Shown piece after piece: positions 9,565 through 20,993 of a stretch of 39,059 bases of DNA (its first letter is position 1; the number at the start of each line of letters is the position of its first letter). Where the stretch lies: contig JBBIPQ010000005.1 of assembly GCA_037442785.1 (NCBI GenBank), positions 1-39,059 of the forward strand, written 5' to 3'. The notes below the pieces were generated by a model. The model saw only the letters and a list, made by a program, of their open reading frames with translations, was not told the DNA's origin and searched no databases. The stretch comes from Nitrospirota bacterium. GTDB lineage: Bacteria; Nitrospirota; Thermodesulfovibrionia; Thermodesulfovibrionales; UBA9159. A program made the translations under genes and the position numbers.

Positions 9565-10653
9565 ATGATTAAAGCGATTGATTGGAAAGATGGTAAGGTC
9601 ATAATCCTTGATCAGAGCATATTGCCCTTTGATATCAGTTACATTGAATGTACTGACTTCAGGATGGTAGCCGAGGCCATTAAGGGTTTGAGGATCAGGG
9701 GGGCCCCTGCCATAGGAATAGCTGCTGCAATGGGTGTGGCCCTTGCTGCCCAGGATATAGAGGCCAGAAACCCTGATGAACTGCTCAAAAGGCTTGAACC
9801 CGTCTTTGAAACCATGCTGAAGACCCGACCAACAGCAGTGAATATAAGATGGGCTATCGAAAGGATAAGGAACTACCTCATTGCTAATAAGGATAAGGAT
9901 ATATTTAGACTTAAGGAGATGCTAATCATTGAGGCAAAAAAGATACTTGATGAGGACATCGAGGTCAATAAGACTATCGGAAGGTTTGGGGCAGAGTTAA
10001 TCAAGGATGGTTACAGGGTCCTTACCCATTGTAATGCTGGTGCCCTTGCAACAGGCGGTTATGGCACTGCAACGGCTGCAATCTTTGTTGCTGCAGAGCA
10101 AGGTAAAAAGATCCATGTGTATGTGGATGAAACAAGGCCCGTGCTACAGGGCGCAAGGCTTACATCCTGGGAACTGCTCCAGGCAGGGATACCTGTGACT
10201 CTAATCCCGGACAGTGCGGCAGGAGCGATAATGAAAAGGGGAGAGATTGATATTGTTATTGTCGGAACCGACAGGACTGTGCGGAATGGCGATGTGGCCA
10301 ATAAGATAGGAACATATTCCCTCTCGGTACTTGCAAAAGAAAACAATATACCCTTTTATGTTGCAGCTCCCTTAAGTAGCATAGACCTATCAATACCATC
10401 AGGGGAAGATATACCTATCGAGGAAAGAGACCCCTCAGAGGTCACTCATATAAGGGGGAAGATAATATCCGAAGAGGCCTCTACCCTGGATACTCATAAA
10501 AGTGGGCATCCCAGGTTAGGGATGGTACAGATTGCCCCTGATGGTGTGACGGCAAAGAATTATGCCTTTGATGTAACACCGGCAAGATATATAACAGGTA
10601 TAATAACCGAGAAGGGGATATATAAACCATCGGAGATCAAGGATATAAAATGA
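9565..10653 (+). CDS. mtnA: S-methyl-5-thioribose-1-phosphate isomerase
   Basis: IRGAPAIG, TRPTAVN, LTHCNAGALAT, DETRPVLQGARLT, NGDVANKIGTY, FDVTP. Confidence 0.96.
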   Translation: MIKAIDWKDGKVIILDQSILPFDISYIECTDFRMVAEAIKGLRIRGAPAIGIAAAMGVALAAQDIEARNPDELLKRLEPVFETMLKTRPTAVNIRWAIERIRNYLIANKDKDIFRLKEMLIIEAKKILDEDIEVNKTIGRFGAELIKDGYRVLTHCNAGALATGGYGTATAAIFVAAEQGKKIHVYVDETRPVLQGARLTSWELLQAGIPVTLIPDSAAGAIMKRGEIDIVIVGTDRTVRNGDVANKIGTYSLSVLAKENNIPFYVAAPLSSIDLSIPSGEDIPIEERDPSEVTHIRGKIISEEASTLDTHKSGHPRLGMVQIAPDGVTAKNYAFDVTPARYITGIITEKGIYKPSEIKDIK

Positions 10654-11624
10654 GTATTTCCGAGATCTTTTCAATCTATAGGGATGATCTCATCGGGGTT
10701 GAAAATAAACTGAGAGAGATCTTTTCAAGCGACAGTGTAGCTATAAGACTGATAGGTGAACATATCCTCAGTAGCGGAGGCAAGAGGTTGAGGCCTCTAT
10801 TTTTGATACTCAGTGCAGAACTTGCAGGCTACAGGAAAAAGGACAGGATCACCTTAGCAAGCATAATTGAGGCTATTCATACTGCATCCCTCCTTCACGA
10901 TGATGTGGTTGATGGTGCAGAGATGAGGAGGGGGAAACCCGCCTCCCACAGGATCTGGGGAAATCAGATAGCCATACTCGTTGGTGATTTTCTCTACGCC
11001 AACGCCCTCAGGATTGCGGTATTACAAAGGAATCAAAGGATCATGGAGGTCCTTTCAGAGGCAACAACAATGATGACAGAGGGTGAGGTGCTTCAATTGC
11101 AGCGAGTAGCAGATCCTGAAATCACAGAGGATGAATACATGAAGATAGTCTCGGCAAAAACAGGTGCTCTCATCTCTGCAGCCTGTCGAATAGGGGCAAT
11201 ACTGGGTGGGTGTCCTGAGGAAGCTGAGGACGCCCTTGGAAGGTTTGGCATGAAAACTGGCATTGTCTTTCAGATGGTAGATGATATACTTGATTATATG
11301 GCAGAGGCAAAGGAACTGGGAAAGAACCTTGGTAAGGACCTCGACGAAGGAAAAATAACATTGCCCCTCATCTATCTTTTAAAAGCAGCATCAGGAAAAG
11401 AGGTCGAGGAGATTAAGGATATAATAAGTTCAGGGAATAGATCTGCTGAAAAACTCGAGAGAGTCCTTTATCTATTCGAGAAATATGGCGTCATAGAAGA
11501 ATCCCTCAGGACTGCCCAGATCTATATGACAGAGGCTAAAAGGGAACTAAAGATATTTTCTCCTTCACAACAAAGGGAAGCCCTTTTAAGCCTTGCTGAT
11601 TATGCCATAGCGAGGGATCGATAA
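10650..11624 (+). CDS. Long-chain trans-polyprenyl diphosphate synthase (IspB/HepT-like)
   Basis: GGKRLRP, first aspartate-rich motif LHDDVVD..RRG, second motif FQMVDDILD; ATGA overlap with mtnA. Confidence 0.93.
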   Translation: MSISEIFSIYRDDLIGVENKLREIFSSDSVAIRLIGEHILSSGGKRLRPLFLILSAELAGYRKKDRITLASIIEAIHTASLLHDDVVDGAEMRRGKPASHRIWGNQIAILVGDFLYANALRIAVLQRNQRIMEVLSEATTMMTEGEVLQLQRVADPEITEDEYMKIVSAKTGALISAACRIGAILGGCPEEAEDALGRFGMKTGIVFQMVDDILDYMAEAKELGKNLGKDLDEGKITLPLIYLLKAASGKEVEEIKDIISSGNRSAEKLERVLYLFEKYGVIEESLRTAQIYMTEAKRELKIFSPSQQREALLSLADYAIARDR

Positions 11625-12130
11625 TGCACCCTGTAGTAGAACTGGCAAAAAAGGCCATCGAAGAGTATGTTAAAAACCGCAAGGTTATATCCCCTCCAGA
11701 GATGTTAACACCAGAGATGAGGGAAAGGGCAGGGGTCTTTGTCTCAATAAAAAAACACGGACAGCTCAGGGGATGCATAGGGACATTCATGCCTTCCTGT
11801 AAGAATGTGGCTGAGGAGATCATAAGGAATGCCATCTGTTCCGCAACAGAGGACCCTCGTTTTCCCCCGGTCCAGGAAAGAGAACTAAAAGACCTGACAT
11901 ATTCTGTTGACATACTTACTCCTCCAGAAAAGGTAAAAGACTTAACAGAACTGGATCCCAAAAGATACGGAATAATAGTGGCATCTGGAGGCAGGAGAGG
12001 TCTCCTTTTACCTGACCTTGAGGGGGTTGATACTGTAGAGGAACAGATCAGGATCGCCAGGTTAAAGGCGGGGATACCTGAGGATGAAAAGATAGATATT
12101 TTTAGATTTGAGGTAAGGAGGTATCATTAA
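11624..12130 (+). CDS. amrA: AmmeMemoRadiSam system protein A (AMMECR1 family)
   Basis: [42 protein letters not shown]. Confidence 0.9.
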   Translation: MHPVVELAKKAIEEYVKNRKVISPPEMLTPEMRERAGVFVSIKKHGQLRGCIGTFMPSCKNVAEEIIRNAICSATEDPRFPPVQERELKDLTYSVDILTPPEKVKDLTELDPKRYGIIVASGGRRGLLLPDLEGVDTVEEQIRIARLKAGIPEDEKIDIFRFEVRRYH

Positions 12131-12133
12131 GCC

Positions 12134-13306
12134 TTGGATATTCCTCAAAAGGGAAGTCTTAAGGACCTGGATTTTTCTAATCTACTTTTAAAACTACATA
12201 ACCAGAGATCAACAGGAACGATCATAATAAAAGGATCTTCCTTTACAAAAAGTGTTTACATAAAAAAGGGTGATGTTATATTTGCCTCCTCAAGCCTTGA
12301 CGACGAGAGGCTCGGGGAGATGCTCATTAAGGCAGGGATGATCACAAAGGACGAGTATGACCTTTCGGTAGAGATTCTTAAAAAGACAGGGAAAAAGCAA
12401 GGGGCGATCCTTGTAGAACTTGGTTTTCTGACGCCAAAACAACTCTTTGAAGGACTCAAATTTCGGATAAGGGAGATCATTTACAGTATATTCCCATTGA
12501 GGGATGCTGATTATGAGTTTCTTGAAGGTGAATTGCCTGAAGACGAGGTCATCGGCCTCAGGATAGATATAAAGGAACTTATCAGCAAAGGGAAAAAGAG
12601 GATCGAGGGATCCCATTCAGAACAGGAGGAGCCCCTTAATGAGGAGGAAAGGCAGTTAAAGAAAAAGGCAGAGGAATTTCATCTCAGGTTAAAGGAGATG
12701 AGTGCTGCAGATATCCTTCAGATAACAGAGGAATCGAGCCCTGAAGAGATCAAGAGGAATTATTACAGGCTTGCAAAGGAGTTTCATCCTGATAGGGCAT
12801 TTAATTCAAAAGACAGGGAACTCAAGGAGATGCTTACTAATATCTTTGATGCAATCACAAAGGCATACGATGAACTGAATGATGAAAATAAAAGGGCAGA
12901 ATTCTTAAGGAGGGTTGCCAAACCAAGACAGGAAGAACAACAACATGATTTCAGTGAGCAGTTCAGAAGGGGAGTTGAAGAATTCAGAAAGGGAAACTAC
13001 TGGGGTGCTGCAGAGGTATTTCGATGGATAACAAGGCTTGATCCCAGGTCTATCAAGGCATGGTCTTTTCTTTCTCATTCCCTCAGCAATATCCCTGGAA
13101 GACTGAAGGATGCGGAGGCCGCCATCCTTGAGGCGATAAAGCTTGACCCTTTCAATGCAGATCATTATGCAAGTTTAGGCCATATATATCTGAAGGCAGG
13201 CCTGAGGAAGAGGGCAAAGAGGCAGTTCGATAAGGCACTTAATATAGATTCTTCAAATAAGGAGGCAATAAAAGGGCTTGAACAGATAAAGAATAATGGT
13301 GAATAG
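12134..13306 (+). CDS. DUF4388/PatA-N + DnaJ J-domain + TPR protein
   Basis: N-terminal KGSLKDLDFSNLL..TGTI..GDVIFASS, RLGEMLI..G.I motif, J-domain IKRNYYRLAKEFHPD..ITKAYDEL, C-terminal TPRs; TTG start. Confidence 0.8.
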   Translation: MDIPQKGSLKDLDFSNLLLKLHNQRSTGTIIIKGSSFTKSVYIKKGDVIFASSSLDDERLGEMLIKAGMITKDEYDLSVEILKKTGKKQGAILVELGFLTPKQLFEGLKFRIREIIYSIFPLRDADYEFLEGELPEDEVIGLRIDIKELISKGKKRIEGSHSEQEEPLNEEERQLKKKAEEFHLRLKEMSAADILQITEESSPEEIKRNYYRLAKEFHPDRAFNSKDRELKEMLTNIFDAITKAYDELNDENKRAEFLRRVAKPRQEEQQHDFSEQFRRGVEEFRKGNYWGAAEVFRWITRLDPRSIKAWSFLSHSLSNIPGRLKDAEAAILEAIKLDPFNADHYASLGHIYLKAGLRKRAKRQFDKALNIDSSNKEAIKGLEQIKNNGE

Positions 13307-13312
13307 TGAATA

Positions 13313-15367
<2,055 letters not shown>

Positions 15368-15405
15368 CTAACACTTTTATCATGATTTATGGTAAATTTT
15401 AAAAT

Positions 15406-16074
15406 ATGCAGGAAAGAAGGGCTCATAAGAGATACACGGTAGATAATCTTAATGTCAGAGGCAATATCATCTTCATCTCGGATATAGAGATTGTCAATAT
15501 TAGCCTTAATGGGATTGCTATACGGTGTAGTAGAAGAATCGAACCTAACAGGGAATACACACTCAATCTTTCTTACGAAGGGAAAGAGATCACTATAAAG
15601 GGCAGGGTTGTGTGGTCCATGATAACAGGTAGCATGCTGACTGAGACGGGGGAATCAGCCCCTGTTTATACAGCAGGCTTAGAATTTGTTGATGTGCTCT
15701 CGGAAAAGATGTCAGAGCTTATAAGGTTTATTGAAACTCACAGGATAGAAGGTGAGAAAAGACTCTCAGGGGTGCGATTTCAGGTTAAATCTCCTGAGAC
15801 TGCAAGCCTTGATTACCCTTACAATTACAGGGTCAAAAAGATAAGCCTTTCAGGAATGCTTATAGAAACAACCCAGCCCTTCGATGTGGGCAAAAGATTC
15901 CCTGTAGAGCTTTATCTTACTGATAAAACCTTCAAATGTATCGGGCGTATAGCATCCTGTTCAAGGGTTCCGTCCGAATCATCAGCCGTTTATGACATCG
16001 GCGTAGCTTTTGATGAGATATCTCAAGAGAATAAAGATATTCTGAGTAATTTCATCAGCACCCTGTCTGATTGA
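15406..16074 (+). CDS. Tandem PilZ-domain protein (c-di-GMP receptor)
   Basis: ERRAHKR and NISLNG in domain 1; the second repeat is degenerate (RLSGVR, KISLSG); GRVVW and GLEF. Confidence 0.85.
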   Translation: MQERRAHKRYTVDNLNVRGNIIFISDIEIVNISLNGIAIRCSRRIEPNREYTLNLSYEGKEITIKGRVVWSMITGSMLTETGESAPVYTAGLEFVDVLSEKMSELIRFIETHRIEGEKRLSGVRFQVKSPETASLDYPYNYRVKKISLSGMLIETTQPFDVGKRFPVELYLTDKTFKCIGRIASCSRVPSESSAVYDIGVAFDEISQENKDILSNFISTLSD

Positions 16075-16129
16075 TTTTTTAAGCCCTTTTCTTTTAAAAT
16101 TAGAAAAATCCTAAGGAGGTGGTCTTAAG

Positions 16130-16315
16130 GTGTACATGGTAACTGTTGATGCAGCAAAATGTGAAGGCTGCGAAGAATGTGTCAATGTCTGTCCTCAGGG
16201 GGTTTTCCAGATGAGTAATGGAAAATCAGACCCTTATCAGACATCGGAATGCGTCTTTTGCGAGAGCTGCTTAGGTGTTTGCCCTACCTCTGCAATAACT
16301 ATCACAGAGATGTAA
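16130..16315 (+). CDS. 2[4Fe-4S] ferredoxin
   Basis: CEGCEECVNVCP and CVFCESCLGVCP; GTG start with an AGGAGGT SD. Confidence 0.95.
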   Translation: MYMVTVDAAKCEGCEECVNVCPQGVFQMSNGKSDPYQTSECVFCESCLGVCPTSAITITEM

Positions 16316-16340
16316 AAAGGAGGGGATTCCCCTCCTTTTT
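16314..16340. terminator. Bidirectional intrinsic terminator between the ferredoxin gene and tusA
   Basis: Perfect 12-bp inverted repeat aaaaaggagggg-att-cccctccttttt. Confidence 0.88.
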
Positions 16341-16377
16341 ACATTCAAAAACCAGTTCGCTAATGCTTTTTAGCTTT

Positions 16378-16626
16378 CTACTTCTTCTGGATATACAATT
16401 CCCAGTATCCCTTGTCTTCCAGCTTTACTGCCTCAAAGCCATATCCCTGTTTCTCACAGTATCTCGGTATAGAGTCCTCTGCTGAGGCAGGGGCATCACA
16501 TAGGATCTTAAGGATACCGCCGCTTGGTAACTTCTCAAGGGCCTTCTTTGTCAGAACAAGCGGATAAGGGCATACCCTTCCAAGTACATCGATTGTTTCA
16601 GTTGGTGTTTGATCTTTTAATGCCAT
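16378..16626 (-). CDS. tusA: Sulfur carrier TusA-family protein
   Basis: IDVLGRVCPYPLVLTKKAL with the CPxP motif; SirA/TusA length; strong SD. Confidence 0.93.
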   Translation of the reverse strand: MALKDQTPTETIDVLGRVCPYPLVLTKKALEKLPSGGILKILCDAPASAEDSIPRYCEKQGYGFEAVKLEDKGYWELYIQKK

Positions 16627-16657
16627 AATTTCTGATCCCTCCTTTAGGCTTTATTTT

Positions 16658-17071
16658 TTAACAGAACAAAAGGTGATCAACCGATTCCATCACCCCTTGA
16701 ATCTCGCTGTAGGGAACGATCTCTGCCTTTGTCTCTCCACCTATGTCTTCTGCGTCAAGGATAAGGGCATCCTCTTTCAGTCCTAATCTTTCAATGTCCT
16801 CCTTGCAGATCATGATCTTCATATCCAGCAGAAGGCCATTTTTGATATGCTGTTCAAGGCTCGTAACACCGTAATGTTTCATTGCCTGTTGCTGTCTAAG
16901 ACAGTTAAGTACACCATCACCGATAAAACATACAACGGGTTCAACATTATCCCCATCCTCAAGGTATATCTCAACAGTCTGACTTGCTATGGCATGGGTC
17001 ATAGCAAGCCTTGAGGCCTCTGTCTTATAAGGAAGAGATTTAACGATAAAACCAAGTTTTTTTGTGGCCAT
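16658..17071 (-). CDS. DsrF/TusC-like (DsrE-fold) protein
   Basis: KSLPY, FIGDGV, ICKEDIERLGL. ATG at 17071 follows AGGAGGTG. Confidence 0.75.
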   Translation of the reverse strand: MATKKLGFIVKSLPYKTEASRLAMTHAIASQTVEIYLEDGDNVEPVVCFIGDGVLNCLRQQQAMKHYGVTSLEQHIKNGLLLDMKIMICKEDIERLGLKEDALILDAEDIGGETKAEIVPYSEIQGVMESVDHLLFC

Positions 17072-17072
17072 A

Positions 17073-17435
17073 TTAATCACCTCCTATATGAAGCACCCTG
17101 TCAGCCTTAAAACAGCTTGCAAGGTACCAATCCATACTATGTCTTTTCCAGCCTTCCATCGTGTCTTCCTTGTGATAACCCCTCGCCTCTGCACAGGCCT
17201 CACAGGCTGTTGCCTGGAACTTTCCTGTTGCAAAAAGTTCCTGAAGTGTCTTTGCAAGGTGGGAATAGTCCTTAAACGCCTTTTGCCCTTTCTTTGAGAG
17301 CATTGTTGCGTTTCCTGAAACCCAGAAGTCTACATCGTGTCCCTTCTTAACTGCTGCCTCCGCAAGCTTAACAGCAAAGTCAAGCGATAAAGACCCTACA
17401 AGGGAAGCGAAACACCCGATAGTCAATTTACCCAT
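17073..17435 (-). CDS. DsrE/TusD-like sulfurtransferase
   Basis: AVKLAEAAVKKGHDV, ACEACAEARG (CxxCxxxRG), KADRVL. Confidence 0.85.
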   Translation of the reverse strand: MGKLTIGCFASLVGSLSLDFAVKLAEAAVKKGHDVDFWVSGNATMLSKKGQKAFKDYSHLAKTLQELFATGKFQATACEACAEARGYHKEDTMEGWKRHSMDWYLASCFKADRVLHIGGD

Positions 17436-17448
17436 TATTACCTCCTTT

Positions 17449-17745
17449 CTATATCCATATTATTTTTTCATAATCATTAAAGATCAGATCCACCACATCG
17501 CTATAGGTCACTGGTTTGACACGGCTGTCGAGATTGCCTGAAGTGAATCCCCTGCTTTCGAGATCTTCTGTCAGGGCATAAAATGTTGCGTTCTTTTCAA
17601 GAACAGAAGAAGACTTTCCGTTTTCTTTAACCGTTGCATGATAGATCCCGCTTCCAACGAATATGATGCCGAGTTTCTCAGCCTTTAACCTGTCCAGGAT
17701 CTCGAGAGAAGACTTGAAATCGCTCAGGAAAACACCTAATTTCAT
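17449..17745 (-). CDS. DsrH/TusB-like protein
   Basis: FYALTEDLESRG and VTYSDVVDLI..YEKIIWI match the DsrH C-terminal pattern; no Cys. Confidence 0.78.
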   Translation of the reverse strand: MKLGVFLSDFKSSLEILDRLKAEKLGIIFVGSGIYHATVKENGKSSSVLEKNATFYALTEDLESRGFTSGNLDSRVKPVTYSDVVDLIFNDYEKIIWI

Positions 17746-17782
17746 AGTTTACCCCCCTTTGTGAAGTATTTTGGGATTGAAT

Positions 17783-17812
17783 TTTATACCACTTAGAGAA
17801 TATATTTGTCAA
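17783..17812 (-). promoter_or_regulatory. Sigma70 promoter of the sulfur-relay operon
   Basis: TTGACA(17812-17807)-N18-TATAAA with a TGn extension. Confidence 0.6.
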
Positions 17813-17834
17813 TAAAAATATTTTATCGCACTAT

Positions 17835-18758
17835 TTAAAATTTCAAGTGATCTAAAACCTCCTCAACACTTATCTTTGTTACATCCCTGTCTTTTCCGAT
17901 AAGGGGGATATGTAAAAGTCCTGGATTTGGAGAAGGCACTGACTGCTTTAATACCCCCTGATTTGGATCCGACCAAAGAGAGATAACGGTTATCGGGAAA
18001 TATACATCGAGGTAATAGGTGAGAGACAGCACACCGCCATCGGGGGCTATGAGTACTTTACAGCAATTTTTTATTATAGAGAGCATCTCAAGGAGGGTCG
18101 TCTCTCCCCTAAGGTCTATAATTGAAGGCAGATTGAAAGACTCTGTTTTATTAAGGCCGAATAATATTATCCTTATATCTGATTTAGAGAGCCATTCAAA
18201 GAGCTTCCGCCAGTTCTCGACAGGCCAGTCCTTCCTGTAGCCATAGAATTGCTGGGTTTCAGTGCTAAGATGAACGCCAATGTAGAAGACCGAATCATCC
18301 ATACCAAACCTTTTATAGAGATCATCGTTTTCAGATTTCCATGAAAGCCTTGGAATAAAATGACCTATCTGCCATTGTAACCACTTCGTTGGATTTATCC
18401 TGTCAAGGATAATGTCATAGACACCTTCAGGTATATAAAGTTTTTTTAACGTCTCCTTTAGATCTATTGCCACACCCCTTTCCCACCACGGAATACCTAT
18501 AACCCTAACCCCTTCAAGGAGTGAAAATGCCTCAAGGAGATCAAGTCTTGTCAGGAATGTAATCTCTCCATCGGGAAGAAAGGTCCTTACCCTACTAACG
18601 AGTGCACAAAGGCCAAGGGGGATATCCCCAAGACCCCGGTTCCATACTGCCAATATCCTTTTTGCGTTATTTCCCCTGGCCCTTTTCAAGAGACGATCGA
18701 ATTCATTAACCTTGATGCCAAGCCTTTCAGCTAAGACTGTAATATCAAATAATCTCAT
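17835..18758 (-). CDS. Glycosyltransferase family 9-like protein
   Basis: RGLGD, KDWPVENW, IIDLRGETTLLEM, APDGG; lies in an LPS cluster. Confidence 0.8.
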   Translation of the reverse strand: MRLFDITVLAERLGIKVNEFDRLLKRARGNNAKRILAVWNRGLGDIPLGLCALVSRVRTFLPDGEITFLTRLDLLEAFSLLEGVRVIGIPWWERGVAIDLKETLKKLYIPEGVYDIILDRINPTKWLQWQIGHFIPRLSWKSENDDLYKRFGMDDSVFYIGVHLSTETQQFYGYRKDWPVENWRKLFEWLSKSDIRIILFGLNKTESFNLPSIIDLRGETTLLEMLSIIKNCCKVLIAPDGGVLSLTYYLDVYFPITVISLWSDPNQGVLKQSVPSPNPGLLHIPLIGKDRDVTKISVEEVLDHLKF

Positions 18759-18763
18759 CCTGA

Positions 18764-19822
18764 TTAAGTCGGAGGGATCCCGAGCGCCTTAACCATCTCC
18801 CGTGCCCTATCCCTCCATGTGGGAAGTTTCTGTGCCCTCTCATAACTTTTCCTTGCAATCCTCGCTCTCGCACCATCATGTTTCAGGTAAAAATATATCT
18901 TATCAATCAGTTCTTCCACTGTTGAATAGGTTTCTATCTCGATGCCAGGTTTGAAAAAACTCTCTATCTCCCTGACATAGTCCGTAAGAAGAAAGGCCTC
19001 ACAGGCAGGCACATCAAAGACCCGCTGATTAACTCCGTGCCACCTTTCAAAGAACCAGCTATTGATATTAAGGACTATCCTTGCTGCCCTATACTGTTTA
19101 ATAAGTTTCTCCCCGAATAACCACCTCCCTTTAATCGCCCTCAAGATCGAAGGGTTAAATAAACATCGCTTCATCCATTTTTGACCGTAAATTCGCATAT
19201 CTATATTTTCTGATGCAATGGCATTAATAACCCTCTGCCTCGGTCTCTGCCAGGCACCAACAAAGACAAGATCACAGGACAGCAAGTCCATGTCTGTCTT
19301 TGTCAGATCAACCCTTTTGAATACATAATCATTCACAGCATGGGGAAGATAATGGGCATCAAAGCCCATATCCCTGGCCGTATGGACAAACTCTTCACTG
19401 AAGAAAAAGAAGGCATCATATAATTCTGCCTCCCTTGCCTCTATATTGATCCATCTTGAGGTCATTGTCCACCAACCAGCAATCTTATCCACCTTTCTGC
19501 GCAGTCTTAAAAGACCTTCGTAGGACGGCTTGAAACCTATCTCGAAGATGACACAGTCTGGCTTAAATAACTCCACTGCCTTCAATACAGATTCAGTTCT
19601 AAAATTCTTATTACAATATGGGGATTCCATCCCTATAGATCTGCCTTTATCCATTAATCTAAGATTCCAGAGCATCTTATTAACTGGTCTGAAGATATAT
19701 CTATCAATGGGATTTCTTATTGTTGCATCAAAAACAAAGACATCATATCCAATGTCCCGAAGCGCCCTTCCAAATGGTAAGAACTTCTCTACAGTTGTTG
19801 ACAGTAATATCTTATATGCCAT
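18764..19822 (-). CDS. CgeB-like glycosyltransferase (Glyco_trans_1_2)
   Basis: HYLPHA, DLVFVG, ARIVLNIN, NQRVFDVPAC..FLLTD, EELIDKIYFYL. ATG at 19822 is preferred over 19852. Confidence 0.85.
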   Translation of the reverse strand: MAYKILLSTTVEKFLPFGRALRDIGYDVFVFDATIRNPIDRYIFRPVNKMLWNLRLMDKGRSIGMESPYCNKNFRTESVLKAVELFKPDCVIFEIGFKPSYEGLLRLRRKVDKIAGWWTMTSRWINIEAREAELYDAFFFFSEEFVHTARDMGFDAHYLPHAVNDYVFKRVDLTKTDMDLLSCDLVFVGAWQRPRQRVINAIASENIDMRIYGQKWMKRCLFNPSILRAIKGRWLFGEKLIKQYRAARIVLNINSWFFERWHGVNQRVFDVPACEAFLLTDYVREIESFFKPGIEIETYSTVEELIDKIYFYLKHDGARARIARKSYERAQKLPTWRDRAREMVKALGIPPT

Positions 19823-20993
19823 TCTCTCTTTTCCGACCTCTGAAATATCCAAACATCAACCCCGTAATCATTGTAAAGGCCATGGCGTGCTCGTGATGAA
19901 GGGTTGTGTCAAAAAGACCGGTGACCGAAATTACAAGAAAAGCACCGATAGAGCCGTATCCCATGGCCTTGCCAAAACCTGATAGGTCTCCAAAGCCCCT
20001 GAAGGTCTTTATGAAACCAGCAAACATAATAGCAAGTGAGATTAGTCCTATCAGTCCCATCTGAGAAGCCACCTGTAAATAAAGGCTGTGGGCATCATAA
20101 ACTGTGTTGCCGGGTTCAACAGGGTGGTCTGCTGGAAATCTAAACTCAAAGTGATTTAATCCTACACCAGTAACAGGATTTTCTTTAAACAATCTGATTG
20201 CTTCTTCCCATATATCAAGTCTGCTTATCATTGATTTAAATGAAAACAACTTTTGCCACATTGCCCTGTCAAGATATAATGATAGCAGGGTCAATAATAT
20301 AAAACCTAAGATAATAGCAAAAAATGGTCTTGAGGGTCTTCTCAGGCTTAACAATGCGAGAAAAACAAAGAGTCCCAGGAAGGATGCCCTCATCAATGTC
20401 ATGGCAGATGCCAGCAGGATTATAGTGGAAAGAAATATTAAGATAGTTTTCTTAAAAGGGGTCTCCTTATCGGAATAAAGTACCAGGCTTATCATTGAAC
20501 TTAATATTATCATAAAAAACATGGCTGTATAGTTCTGGTTTCCAAGGGCATGGATCTCAAGAGGTCTGCCTGATTCAAAGGAATGAAATATGCCTATAAG
20601 GGCAGAAACTGTAGCGGAAATAAAAAGACACCACAGGATTGTCCTTATCTGACTCTCCTTATTTATGCTACTGGCTACAAAGAATGGAACCGTAAAAAAT
20701 AAAATATCCTTAGAACCCGAAAGGCTCTTAGATAAATCAGTTGCAAAGAAACTGCTCAAGATAGAGGAGAGCAAAAAGGATAGGAATCCATAATGAACCA
20801 TTGAGGGTTTAAGTAAGAAATCACCTTTGTATAACTGAATAAGAAAGACTATCAACGCAAGCACCACACTTATACTCTTAATGGATTCGGAAAAAGGCAG
20901 TGACAGTGCCATAACTGCAATAAGGATAAATATCAACCGATTGAGGTCTATCCACTTAAGTATTTTATCCAACCTAATCTTTTCCACCTTCAT
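19812..20993 (-). CDS. O-antigen ligase (WaaL/Wzy_C) family protein
   Basis: Many TM segments, SRLDIWEEAIRLFKENPVTGVG, DAHSLYLQVASQMGLIG. Confidence 0.9.
   Translation of the reverse strand: MKVEKIRLDKILKWIDLNRLIFILIAVMALSLPFSESIKSISVVLALIVFLIQLYKGDFLLKPSMVHYGFLSFLLSSILSSFFATDLSKSLSGSKDILFFTVPFFVASSINKESQIRTILWCLFISATVSALIGIFHSFESGRPLEIHALGNQNYTAMFFMIILSSMISLVLYSDKETPFKKTILIFLSTIILLASAMTLMRASFLGLFVFLALLSLRRPSRPFFAIILGFILLTLLSLYLDRAMWQKLFSFKSMISRLDIWEEAIRLFKENPVTGVGLNHFEFRFPADHPVEPGNTVYDAHSLYLQVASQMGLIGLISLAIMFAGFIKTFRGFGDLSGFGKAMGYGSIGAFLVISVTGLFDTTLHHEHAMAFTMITGLMFGYFRGRKRENGI

Noticed and set aside
16658-17745. Canonical dsrEFH as proof of reverse-Dsr sulfur oxidation
   Set aside because: The order and motifs differ and no dsrAB/dsrC/dsrL is adjacent, so the metabolic direction cannot be inferred.
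17759-17776. Possible Rex operator (TTGTGAA...) ahead of the sulfur-relay operon
   Set aside because: Only one half-site matches; the other reads TTTGGGA rather than TTCACAA.
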